A stretch of DNA of 12,799 bases. Origin: a virus. The stretch lies in the UHGV virus genome UHGV-1846250, one strand, 5' to 3'. Every line of letters begins with the position of its first letter. The first letter of the stretch is position 1. A program made the translations under genes and the position numbers. This document shows positions 1-7,138 of the stretch, in pieces. The notes beneath the pieces are model-generated. The model searched no databases, was not told where the DNA came from, and saw only the letters and a program-made list of their open reading frames with translations.

Positions 1-26
1 GAGCTTATTATCCTACTATGCGTGTG

Positions 27-115
27 ATTGCATTAAATTGCATGTTAAACAAAAGCATAATCTATATCAGTCAATCAGCCAGTGGCAAGGTGTTGTGATT
101 ACAATGCAACTGCAT
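27..115. repeat. Cluster of TGCAT-containing motifs: direct repeat ATTGCAT at 27-33 and 37-43, inverted pair ATGCA-ac-TGCAT at 104-115
   Basis: Read directly from the sequence; the two ATTGCAT copies are 10 bp apart (one helical turn) and lie in an AT-rich segment immediately left of cos. Confidence 0.3.
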
Positions 116-139
116 TAGAACCGACTCATGAAGCGGGCG

Positions 140-158
140 GGCGAGGCGGGGAAAGCAC
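140..158. other. cos: cos site: 19-nt cohesive-end sequence of P2/P4-type phages
   Basis: Exact string GGCGAGGCGGGGAAAGCAC at 140-158, which I recall as the P2/P4 19-nt 5' cohesive end; it sits about 170 bp from the end of the portal gene, as at the left end of P2. Confidence 0.6.
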
Positions 159-198
159 TGCGCGCTGGCGGTGGTGCTGATTTTATTTTTTCAGCGTC

Positions 199-287
199 TG
201 AGCGCGTCGTGAAGGCGCTTAGTCTGCCCGTTGAGGCGTTGGTGTGTCTGCGGGGTGTTTTGTGCGGTGGTGAGCGTGTGAGGGCGT
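199..287. repeat. Four copies of a TGAG(G)CG(C)GT-like motif (199-207 TGAGCGCGT, 232-239 TGAGGCGT, 271-278 TGAGCGTG, 279-287 TGAGGGCGT) in a G+T-skewed tract between cos and gene Q
   Basis: Read directly from the sequence; non-coding position between cos and the Q terminator makes a cosB-like terminase-binding role plausible. Confidence 0.3.
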
Positions 288-300
288 GATGACGGGGTGT

Positions 301-322
301 AAAAAAGCCGCCCGCAGGCGGC
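301..322 (-). terminator. Rho-independent terminator of the leftward P-Q packaging operon
   Basis: On the minus strand, just after the Q stop (328-330): GCCGCC-UGCG-GGCGGC perfect 6-bp GC stem with 4-nt loop (plus 307-322) followed by six U (plus 301-306 AAAAAA). Confidence 0.7.
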
Positions 323-327
323 GATGT

Positions 328-1362
328 TCAGCCGTTGTCAGTGTCCAGTGAGTAGTTTTTAAAGCGGATGACCTCCTGACCGAGCCAGCCGTTTATCTCG
401 CGGATCCTGTCCTGTAACGGGATAAGCTCATTGCGGACAAAGACCTTTGCCACTTTCTCAATATCACCCAGCGACCCGACGTTCTCCGGCTTGCCGCCCA
501 TCAACTGAAAGGGGATGCGGTGTGCGTCCAGCAGGTCAGCGGCGCTGGCTTTTTTGATATTAAAAAAATCGTCCTTCGTTGCCACTTCACTGAGCGGGAT
601 AATTTTAATGCCGTCAGCTTTCCCCTGCGGGGCATAGAGAAACAGGTTTTTAAAGTTGTTGCGGCCTTTCGACTTCACCATGTTTTCGCGAAGCATTTCG
701 ATATCGTTGCGATCCTGCACGGCATCGGTGACGTACATGATATATCCGGCATGAGCGCCGTTTTCGTAATACTTGCGGCGGAACAGCGTGGCCGACTCAT
801 TCAGCCAGGCAGAGTTAAGGGCGCTGAGATATTCCGGCAGGCCGTACAGCTCCTGATTAATATCCGGCTCCAGCAGGTGAAACACGGAGCCGGGCGCGAA
901 GGCTGTCGGCTCGTTGAAGGACGGCACCCACCAGTAAACATCCTCTTCCACACCACGGCGGGTATATTTTGCCGGTGAGGTTTCCAGTCTGATGACCTTA
1001 CCGGTGGTGCTGTAACGCTTTTCCAGAAACGCATTACCGAACACCAGAAAATCCAGCACAAAGCGGCTGAAATCCTGCTGGGAAAGCCACGGATGCGGGA
1101 TAAATGTCGAGGCCAGAATATTACGTTTGACGTAAATCGGTGAGCTGTGATGCACGGCAGCACGCAGGCTTTTTGCCAGACCGGTAAAGCTGACCGGTGG
1201 CTCATACCATCTGCCGTTACTGATGCACTCGACGTAATCCAGAATGTCACGGCGGTCGAGTACCGGCACCGGTTCGCCAAAGGTGAATGCCTCCATTTTC
1301 GGGGCGCTGGCGGTCATTTTTTTTGCCGCAGGTTGCGGTGTTTTCCCTTTTTTCTTGCTCAT
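328..1362 (-). CDS. Q: Portal protein (P2 gpQ-like), 344 aa
   Basis: ATG-initiated ORF of 344 aa, the same length as P2 gpQ as I recall it, with a recognisably P2 Q-like sequence; start shares one nucleotide with the stop of the upstream terminase gene (TGATG on minus strand). Confidence 0.93.
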   Translation of the reverse strand: MSKKKGKTPQPAAKKMTASAPKMEAFTFGEPVPVLDRRDILDYVECISNGRWYEPPVSFTGLAKSLRAAVHHSSPIYVKRNILASTFIPHPWLSQQDFSRFVLDFLVFGNAFLEKRYSTTGKVIRLETSPAKYTRRGVEEDVYWWVPSFNEPTAFAPGSVFHLLEPDINQELYGLPEYLSALNSAWLNESATLFRRKYYENGAHAGYIMYVTDAVQDRNDIEMLRENMVKSKGRNNFKNLFLYAPQGKADGIKIIPLSEVATKDDFFNIKKASAADLLDAHRIPFQLMGGKPENVGSLGDIEKVAKVFVRNELIPLQDRIREINGWLGQEVIRFKNYSLDTDNG

Positions 1363-3134
1363 CAGTAAAACTCCAGAATGGTGGATGTCAGCGGGGTGCT
1401 GATACCGGCGGTGAGTGGCTCATTTAACAGGGCGTGCATGGTCGCCCAGGCGAGGTCGGCGTGGCTGGCTTCCTCGCTGCGGCTGGCCTCATAGGTGGCG
1501 CTGCGTCCGCTGCTGGTCATGGTCTTGCGGATAGCCATAAACGAGCTGGTGATGTCGGTGGCGCTGACGTCATATTCCAGACAGCCACGGCGGATGACGT
1601 CTTTTGCCTTGAGCACCATTGCGGTTTTCATTTCCGGCGTGTAGCGGATGTCGCGCGCGGCGGGATAGAACGAGCGCACGAGCTGGAACACGCCGACACC
1701 GAGGCCGGTGGCATCAATACCGATGTATTCGACGTTGTATTTTTCGGTGAGTTTGCGGATGGATTCAGCCTGAGTGGCAAAGTCCATGCCTTTCCACTGG
1801 TGACGCTCAAGTATTCTGAATTTGCCACCGGCCACCACCGGCGGTGCCAGCACCACGCATCCGGCGCTGTCGCCACGGTGTGACGGGTCGTAACCAATCC
1901 ATACCGGGCGGGAGCCGAACGGATTGGCGGCAAACGGCGCATAGTCTTCCCATTCTTCCAGCGTGTCGACCATGCAGCGTTGCAGCTCCTCGAACGGGAA
2001 CACCGACGCCTTGTCGTCAACAAATTCACACATGAACAGGTTTTTAAAATCGTCGGCGCTGTTTTCACGTTTGAGCTGCTCAATGTCGAACAGCGTGCAG
2101 CCACCTTTCAGGGCGTCCTCAATGGTGACAATCTGCCGCCACTGGCCGTCCGCACAGAGAAGCCCACCGGCAAGGGCGTTATGACTGACGTCGATTTCCA
2201 CGCGTTCGGCGGCGCTGGCGCGTCCCCGGTTGAACAGTTCACCTGACCAGAACGGGTAGGCGTCGTGCGCCAGCGTGGACGGGGTGGAGAAATAGGTCGA
2301 GCGCAGGTGACTCTGTGAGGCCATACCTGATGCCACCTTACGCAGTACCTGAAAATTCGGGATCCAGAAAATCTCGTCGACGTACAGGTCGCCGTTATGG
2401 CTCTGTGCGGTGTTGGAGTTGGTGCCGAGAAAAATCAGTTTTGCGCCGTTATTGCCCAGGACAATCGGGTCACCGGTAAGGTCAACGTCAACCAGACGGG
2501 CAAAGGCGATGATGTATTCACGGAACACATACGCCTGCGTTTTACTGGCCGACAGAAAAATCTGGTTATGGCCGGTTTTCAGGGCGCGCAGCAGCGCCTC
2601 GCGGGAAAAATAAAACGTCGCGCCAATCTGGCGGGATTTCAGGATATCGCGGATGCGGTGCTCAAGCCCGGCGCGATACCAGTGCAACTGATAGTCGAAA
2701 GACTGCTCAAAGAAAATCTGCTCCAGCTTTTCGATGGCCTCGTCACTGAAAAAATTCTTTTTCGGTTTGCGACGCCCGCCTTTGTTGCGGTTAGCGACGT
2801 TCGGATTAAGGTCTGCCTCGTTGCCGGTCTGACTGTAACGGTTGACCCGTGCCAGTCGTTCAATCTGGCGTCCGAGCAGGTCAATTTCCTTGAAGTCACC
2901 GCCGGTTTTCTGCGGTTTGATGATGAGCTGGGTCAGCCGCGCTTCCAGACTCATTTCGACACGGCTGATGGGGGCAACGCTGTCCCAGCCGTCGCGCTGC
3001 TTCCAGCTCTGCACCGTCGGGCGTTTCATCTGCAACATGGCGGCAATCTGCGGCACGGAAAATCCCTGCCAGTACAGCAGCGCCGCCTGACGACGCGGGT
3101 CGTGTAAAAGAGTGGTGTCTGTGGTGATGGTCAT
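1362..3134 (-). CDS. P: Terminase large subunit / ATPase (P2 gpP-like), 590 aa from the ATG at 3134
   Basis: The track ORF begins at a TTG (3164); the in-frame ATG at 3134 (MTITTD...) has GAGG 7 nt upstream and gives 590 aa, matching P2 gpP. Translation shows a Walker-B-like LYVDE and a C-terminal nuclease region (WIGYDPS...IGIDATGLG). Confidence 0.92.
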   Translation of the reverse strand: MTITTDTTLLHDPRRQAALLYWQGFSVPQIAAMLQMKRPTVQSWKQRDGWDSVAPISRVEMSLEARLTQLIIKPQKTGGDFKEIDLLGRQIERLARVNRYSQTGNEADLNPNVANRNKGGRRKPKKNFFSDEAIEKLEQIFFEQSFDYQLHWYRAGLEHRIRDILKSRQIGATFYFSREALLRALKTGHNQIFLSASKTQAYVFREYIIAFARLVDVDLTGDPIVLGNNGAKLIFLGTNSNTAQSHNGDLYVDEIFWIPNFQVLRKVASGMASQSHLRSTYFSTPSTLAHDAYPFWSGELFNRGRASAAERVEIDVSHNALAGGLLCADGQWRQIVTIEDALKGGCTLFDIEQLKRENSADDFKNLFMCEFVDDKASVFPFEELQRCMVDTLEEWEDYAPFAANPFGSRPVWIGYDPSHRGDSAGCVVLAPPVVAGGKFRILERHQWKGMDFATQAESIRKLTEKYNVEYIGIDATGLGVGVFQLVRSFYPAARDIRYTPEMKTAMVLKAKDVIRRGCLEYDVSATDITSSFMAIRKTMTSSGRSATYEASRSEEASHADLAWATMHALLNEPLTAGISTPLTSTILEFY

Positions 3135-3307
3135 GAATACCTCGCCGTGATGAATACACGGCAAGGCTACTGAGTCGCGCCCCGCGATTCGCTAAGGTGC
3201 TGTTGTGTCAGTGATAAGCCATCCGGGACTGATGGCGGAGGATGCGCATCGTCGGGAAACTGATGCCGACATGTGACTCCTCTAATCACTATTCAGGACT
3301 CCTGACA
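3135..3307. promoter_or_regulatory. Divergent late-promoter region between the leftward P-Q and rightward O-to-S operons
   Basis: 173-bp non-coding gap between divergently oriented P and O genes, the position of the P2 late promoters PP and PO (Ogr-activated). Exact promoter elements not identified; TCTAAT at 3281-3286 is a possible -10 for the rightward operon. Confidence 0.45.
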
Positions 3308-4162
3308 ATGGCAAAAAAAGTCTCAAAATTCTTTCGTATCGGCGTTGAGGGTGACACCTGTGACGGGCGTGTCATCAGTGCGCAGGATATTCAGGAAATG
3401 GCCGAAACCTTTGACCCGCGTGTCTACGGTTGCCGCATTAACCTGGAACATCTGCGCGGCATCCTGCCTGACGGTATTTTTAAACGTTATGGCGATGTGG
3501 TCGAACTGAAGGCCGAAAAGATTGATGACGATTCGGCGCTGAAAGGCAAATGGGCGCTGTTTGCGAAAATCACCCCGACCGATGACCTTATCGCGATGAA
3601 CAAGGCCGCGCAGAAGGTCTACACCTCAATGGAAATTCAGCCGAACTTTGCCAACACCGGCAAATGTTATCTGGTGGGGCTGGCCGTCACCGATGACCCG
3701 GCAAGCCTCGGCACGGAATACCTGGAATTCTGCCGCACGGCAAAACACAACCCCCTGAACCGCTTCAAATTAAGCCCTGAAAACCTGATTTCAGTGGCAA
3801 CGCCTGTTGAGCTGGAATTTGAAGACCTGCCTGAAACCGTGTTCACCGCCCTGACCGAAAAGGTGAAATCCATTTTTGGCCGCAAACAGGCCAGCGATGA
3901 CGCCCGTCTGAATGACGTGCATGAAGCGGTGACCGCTGTTGCTGAACATGTGCAGGAAAAACTGAGCGCCACTGAGCAGCGCCTCGCTGAGATGGAAACC
4001 GCCTTTTCCGCACTTAAGCAGGAGGTGACTGACAGGGCGGATGAAACCAGCCAGGCATTCACCCGCCTGAAAAACAGTCTCGACCACACCGAAAGTCTGA
4101 CCCAGCAGCGCCGCAGCAAGGCCACCGGTGGTGGCGGTGACGCCCTGATGACGAACTGCTGA
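3308..4162 (+). CDS. O: Capsid scaffolding protein / prohead protease (P2 gpO-like), 284 aa
   Basis: Track ORF starts at 3242, but the ATG at 3308 (MAKKVSKFFRIGVEG...) gives 284 aa, matching P2 gpO; C-terminal half is rich in coiled-coil-like charged heptads. Confidence 0.9.
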   Translation: MAKKVSKFFRIGVEGDTCDGRVISAQDIQEMAETFDPRVYGCRINLEHLRGILPDGIFKRYGDVVELKAEKIDDDSALKGKWALFAKITPTDDLIAMNKAAQKVYTSMEIQPNFANTGKCYLVGLAVTDDPASLGTEYLEFCRTAKHNPLNRFKLSPENLISVATPVELEFEDLPETVFTALTEKVKSIFGRKQASDDARLNDVHEAVTAVAEHVQEKLSATEQRLAEMETAFSALKQEVTDRADETSQAFTRLKNSLDHTESLTQQRRSKATGGGGDALMTNC

Positions 4163-4220
4163 CCGGCGTCAGTCAGTCCGGGAAAACCTTCACGATTAAC
4201 CCTTAATTTCAGGAAAAACT

Positions 4221-5294
4221 ATGCGCCAGGAAACCCGCTTTAAATTTAATGCCTACCTGTCCCGTGTTGCCGAACTGAACGGCATCGACGCCGGTGATGT
4301 GTCGAAAAAATTCACCGTTGAACCGTCGGTCACCCAGACCCTGATGAACACCATGCAGGAGTCCTCTGACTTTCTGACCCGCATCAACATTGTGCCGGTC
4401 AGCGAAATGAAAGGGGAAAAAATTGGTATTGGTGTCACCGGCTCCATCGCCAGCACCACCGACACCGCCGGTGGCACCGAGCGTCAGCCGAAGGACTTCT
4501 CGAAGCTGGCGTCTAACAAGTACGAATGCGACCAGATTAACTTCGATTTTTATATCCGCTACAAAACGCTGGACCTGTGGGCGCGTTATCAGGATTTCCA
4601 GCTCCGTATCCGTAACGCCATTATTAAACGCCAGTCCCTTGATTTAATCATGGCCGGTTTTAACGGCGTGAAGCGTGCCGAAACCTCTGACCGCAGCAGT
4701 AATCCGATGCTACAGGATGTGGCGGTCGGCTGGCTGCAGAAATACCGCACTGAAGCACCGGCGCGCGTGATGAGCAAGGTCACTGACGAGGAAGGGCACA
4801 CCACCTCTGAGGTTATCCGCGTGGGTAAGGGCGGTGATTATGCCAGCCTTGATGCACTGGTGATGGATGCGACCAACAACCTGATTGAGCCGTGGTATCA
4901 GGAAGACCCTGACCTGGTGGTGATTGTGGGACGTCAGCTACTGGCGGACAAGTATTTTCCCATCGTCAACAAGGAGCAGGACAACAGCGAAATGCTGGCC
5001 GCTGACGTCATCATCAGCCAGAAACGCATCGGTAACCTGCCGGCGGTACGCGTCCCGTACTTCCCGGCGGATGCGATGCTCATCACGAAGCTGGAAAACC
5101 TGTCCATCTACTACATGGATGACAGCCATCGCCGCGTGATTGAGGAAAACCCGAAACTCGACCGCGTGGAGAACTACGAGTCAATGAACATTGATTACGT
5201 GGTGGAGGACTACGCCGCCGGTTGTCTGGTGGAAAAAATTAAGGTCGGTGATTTTTCCACACCGGCTAAGGCGACCGCAGAGCCGGGAGCGTAA
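4221..5294 (+). CDS. N: Major capsid protein (P2 gpN-like), 357 aa
   Basis: 357 aa, the length of P2 gpN, with P2 N-like sequence; AGGA upstream of the ATG; follows the scaffold gene as in P2. Confidence 0.93.
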   Translation: MRQETRFKFNAYLSRVAELNGIDAGDVSKKFTVEPSVTQTLMNTMQESSDFLTRINIVPVSEMKGEKIGIGVTGSIASTTDTAGGTERQPKDFSKLASNKYECDQINFDFYIRYKTLDLWARYQDFQLRIRNAIIKRQSLDLIMAGFNGVKRAETSDRSSNPMLQDVAVGWLQKYRTEAPARVMSKVTDEEGHTTSEVIRVGKGGDYASLDALVMDATNNLIEPWYQEDPDLVVIVGRQLLADKYFPIVNKEQDNSEMLAADVIISQKRIGNLPAVRVPYFPADAMLITKLENLSIYYMDDSHRRVIEENPKLDRVENYESMNIDYVVEDYAAGCLVEKIKVGDFSTPAKATAEPGA

Positions 5295-5297
5295 CCG

Positions 5298-6041
5298 ATG
5301 ACGAGTCCCGCACAGCGCCACATGATGCGGGTCTCGGCAGCGATGACCGCGCAGCGGGAAGCCGCCCCGCTGCGACATGCAACTGTCTATGAGCAGATGC
5401 TGGTCAAGCTGGCCGCAGACCAGCGCACACTGAAAGCAATTTATTCAAAAGAGCTGAAGGCCGCGAAAAAACGCGAACTGCTGCCGTTCTGGTTGCCGTG
5501 GGTGAACGGCGTGCTGGAGCAGGGCAAAGGTGCACAGGATGACATTCTGATGACGGTCATGCTGTGGCGTCTGGATACCGGCGATATTGCCGGTGCGCTG
5601 GAGATTGCCCGTTATGCCCTGAAGTACGGTCTGACCATGCCGGGTAAACACCGTCGCACCCCGCCGTACATGTTCACCGAGGAGGTGGCGCTCGCGGCCA
5701 TGCGCGCCCACGCTGCCGGTGAGTCTGTGGATCCCCGCCTGCTGACGGACACCCTCGAACTGACCGCCACGGCTGACATGCCTGATGAAGTGCGCGCAAA
5801 GCTGCACAAAATCACCGGTCTGTTTCTGCGTGACGCTGGTGATGCCGCAGGGGCGCTGGCGCACCTGCAACGTGCGACACAGCTCGACTGTCAGGCAGGC
5901 GTCAAAAAAGAGATTGAACGACTGGAGCGGGAGCTGAAACCGAAGCCGGAGCCACAGCCAAAAGCGGCCACCTGCGCCCCGCGTAAGACCCGGAGCGTGA
6001 CACCGGCAAAACGTGGACGCCCGAAAAAGAAAGCCAGTTAA
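5298..6041 (+). CDS. M: Terminase small / endonuclease subunit (P2 gpM-like), 247 aa
   Basis: 247 aa as in P2 gpM; starts 3 nt after the N stop; basic Pro/Lys-rich C-terminal tail ending KRGRPKKKAS. Confidence 0.9.
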   Translation: MTSPAQRHMMRVSAAMTAQREAAPLRHATVYEQMLVKLAADQRTLKAIYSKELKAAKKRELLPFWLPWVNGVLEQGKGAQDDILMTVMLWRLDTGDIAGALEIARYALKYGLTMPGKHRRTPPYMFTEEVALAAMRAHAAGESVDPRLLTDTLELTATADMPDEVRAKLHKITGLFLRDAGDAAGALAHLQRATQLDCQAGVKKEIERLERELKPKPEPQPKAATCAPRKTRSVTPAKRGRPKKKAS

Positions 6042-6140
6042 CAACCGAATGCGCCCCGCGCCAGGGCGGCACGCCGGTCAGTGAGGGTGAATCACCTGAC
6101 ACTGTACCGGCGTCCACCGCCCGACTTTTCAGAGGTAGTC

Positions 6141-6650
6141 ATGATGACGCTGATTATTCCGCGAAAGGAGGCTCCCGTGTCCGGTGAGGGTACGGTGGTC
6201 ATCCCGCAACCGGCAGGCGACGAGCCGGTGATTAAAAACACGTTCTTTTTTCCCGATATCGACCCGAAGCGCGTCCGGGAACGTATGCGCCTTGAGCAGA
6301 CCGTCGCCCCTGCCCGTCTGCGTGAGGCCATCAAGTCAGGCATGGCTGAAACGAATGCGGAGCTGTACGAGTACCGCGAACAGAAAATTGCCGCCGGTTT
6401 TACGCGTCTGGCGGACGTCCCGGCGGACGACATCGACGGTGAAAGCATCAAAGTTTTTTACTACGAGCGCGCCGTGTGTGCGATGGCGACCGCGTCGCTT
6501 TATGAGCGTTATCGCGGCGTGGATGCCAGTGCGAAAGGCGACAAGAAGGCCGACAGCATTGACAGCACCATTGATGAGCTGTGGCGGGATATGCGCTGGG
6601 CAGTGGCGCGCATCCAGGACAAGCCGCGCTGCATCGTGAGTCAAATCTGA
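6141..6650 (+). CDS. L: Head completion / stabilisation protein (P2 gpL-like), 169 aa
   Basis: Track ORF starts upstream at 6081, but the ATG at 6141 (MMTLIIPRK...) has GAGG 5 nt upstream and gives 169 aa, matching P2 gpL. Confidence 0.88.
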   Translation: MMTLIIPRKEAPVSGEGTVVIPQPAGDEPVIKNTFFFPDIDPKRVRERMRLEQTVAPARLREAIKSGMAETNAELYEYREQKIAAGFTRLADVPADDIDGESIKVFYYERAVCAMATASLYERYRGVDASAKGDKKADSIDSTIDELWRDMRWAVARIQDKPRCIVSQI

Positions 6651-6853
6651 TGAAGACCTTTGCGCTACAGGGCGACACGCTCGACGCCATTTGTGTCCGG
6701 TATTACGGGCGCACTGAGGGCGTGGTCGAAGCCGTGCTCGCCGCAAATCCGGGACTGGCTGAACTGGGTGCGGTGCTGCCACACGGCACCGCCGTCGAAC
6801 TGCCCGACGTTCAGACCGCGCCCGTGGCTGAAACTGTCAATCTGTGGGAGTAA
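6650..6853 (+). CDS. X: Tail protein X (P2 gpX-like, LysM-like), 67 aa
   Basis: ATG at 6650 overlaps the L stop (TGATG); 67 aa (MKTFALQGDTLDAICVRYYG...) matches P2 gpX. The track's longer ORF from 6581 is an out-of-frame overlap with L. Confidence 0.85.
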   Translation: MKTFALQGDTLDAICVRYYGRTEGVVEAVLAANPGLAELGAVLPHGTAVELPDVQTAPVAETVNLWE

Positions 6854-6856
6854 CGC

Positions 6857-7138
6857 ATGACAGCAGAAGAAAAAAGCGTCCTGTCGCTTTTCATGATTGG
6901 GGTGCTGATTGTTGTCGGCAAGGTGCTTGCCGGTGGTGAACCCATCACCCCGCGTCTGTTTATCGGACGCATGTTGCTCGGTGGTTTTGTCTCGATGGTT
7001 GCCGGTGTTGTTCTGGTGCAGTTTCCTGACCTGTCACTGCCTGCGGTGTGCGGCATCGGCTCCATGCTGGGTATCGCCGGTTATCAGGTGATTGAGATTG
7101 CCATTCAGCGCCGCTTTAAGGGCAGGGGGAAACCGTAA
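6857..7138 (+). CDS. Y: Holin (P2 gpY-like), 93 aa
   Basis: 93 aa with hydrophobic transmembrane segments and a basic C-terminal tail (RRFKGRGKP); sits directly upstream of the endolysin. Confidence 0.85.
   Translation: MTAEEKSVLSLFMIGVLIVVGKVLAGGEPITPRLFIGRMLLGGFVSMVAGVVLVQFPDLSLPAVCGIGSMLGIAGYQVIEIAIQRRFKGRGKP

Noticed and set aside
520-1280. Two ORFs (520-978 plus, 801-1280 minus) overlapping the portal gene
   Set aside because: Overlap the portal gene in other frames or on the opposite strand; translations are low-complexity; treated as spurious.
2397-3107. 236-aa plus-strand ORF antisense to the terminase ATPase gene
   Set aside because: Entirely embedded antisense within a well-supported gene; no ribosome-binding site or recognisable motifs; long antisense ORFs are expected in GC-rich coding DNA.
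3135-3164. N-terminal extension of the terminase gene to the track start at 3164
   Set aside because: The codon at 3162-3164 is TTG, not ATG; the ATG at 3134 has a good Shine-Dalgarno sequence and gives the P2 gpP length.
3242-3307. N-terminal extension of gpO from the ATG at 3242
   Set aside because: Adds 22 residues absent from P2 gpO and lies within the divergent promoter region; the ATG at 3308 gives the 284-aa P2-like product.
4158-4172. Small hairpin CTGAC-cggc-GTCAG overlapping the gpO stop codon
   Set aside because: Only a 5-bp stem with no U-tract; too weak to call a terminator or processing site without expression data.
5445-6044. 199-aa minus-strand ORF antisense to gene M
   Set aside because: Same reasoning: antisense shadow ORF of a GC-rich gene, low-complexity Arg/Gly-rich translation.
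6081-6140. N-terminal extension of gpL from the track start at 6081
   Set aside because: Non-ATG start with no ribosome-binding site; the ATG at 6141 has GAGG upstream and gives the 169-aa P2-like length.
6042-6140. Possible regulatory element in the M-L intergenic gap (small palindrome GGTGA-a-TCACC and a TGAGGGTGA string)
   Set aside because: Short, weak structures with no following T-run; resemblance to the cos-side TGAG motifs may be coincidental.
6581-6649. N-terminal extension of gpX overlapping the end of gene L
   Set aside because: Would be a 69-nt out-of-frame overlap with L; the ATG at 6650 coupled to the L stop gives the 67-aa P2-like product.
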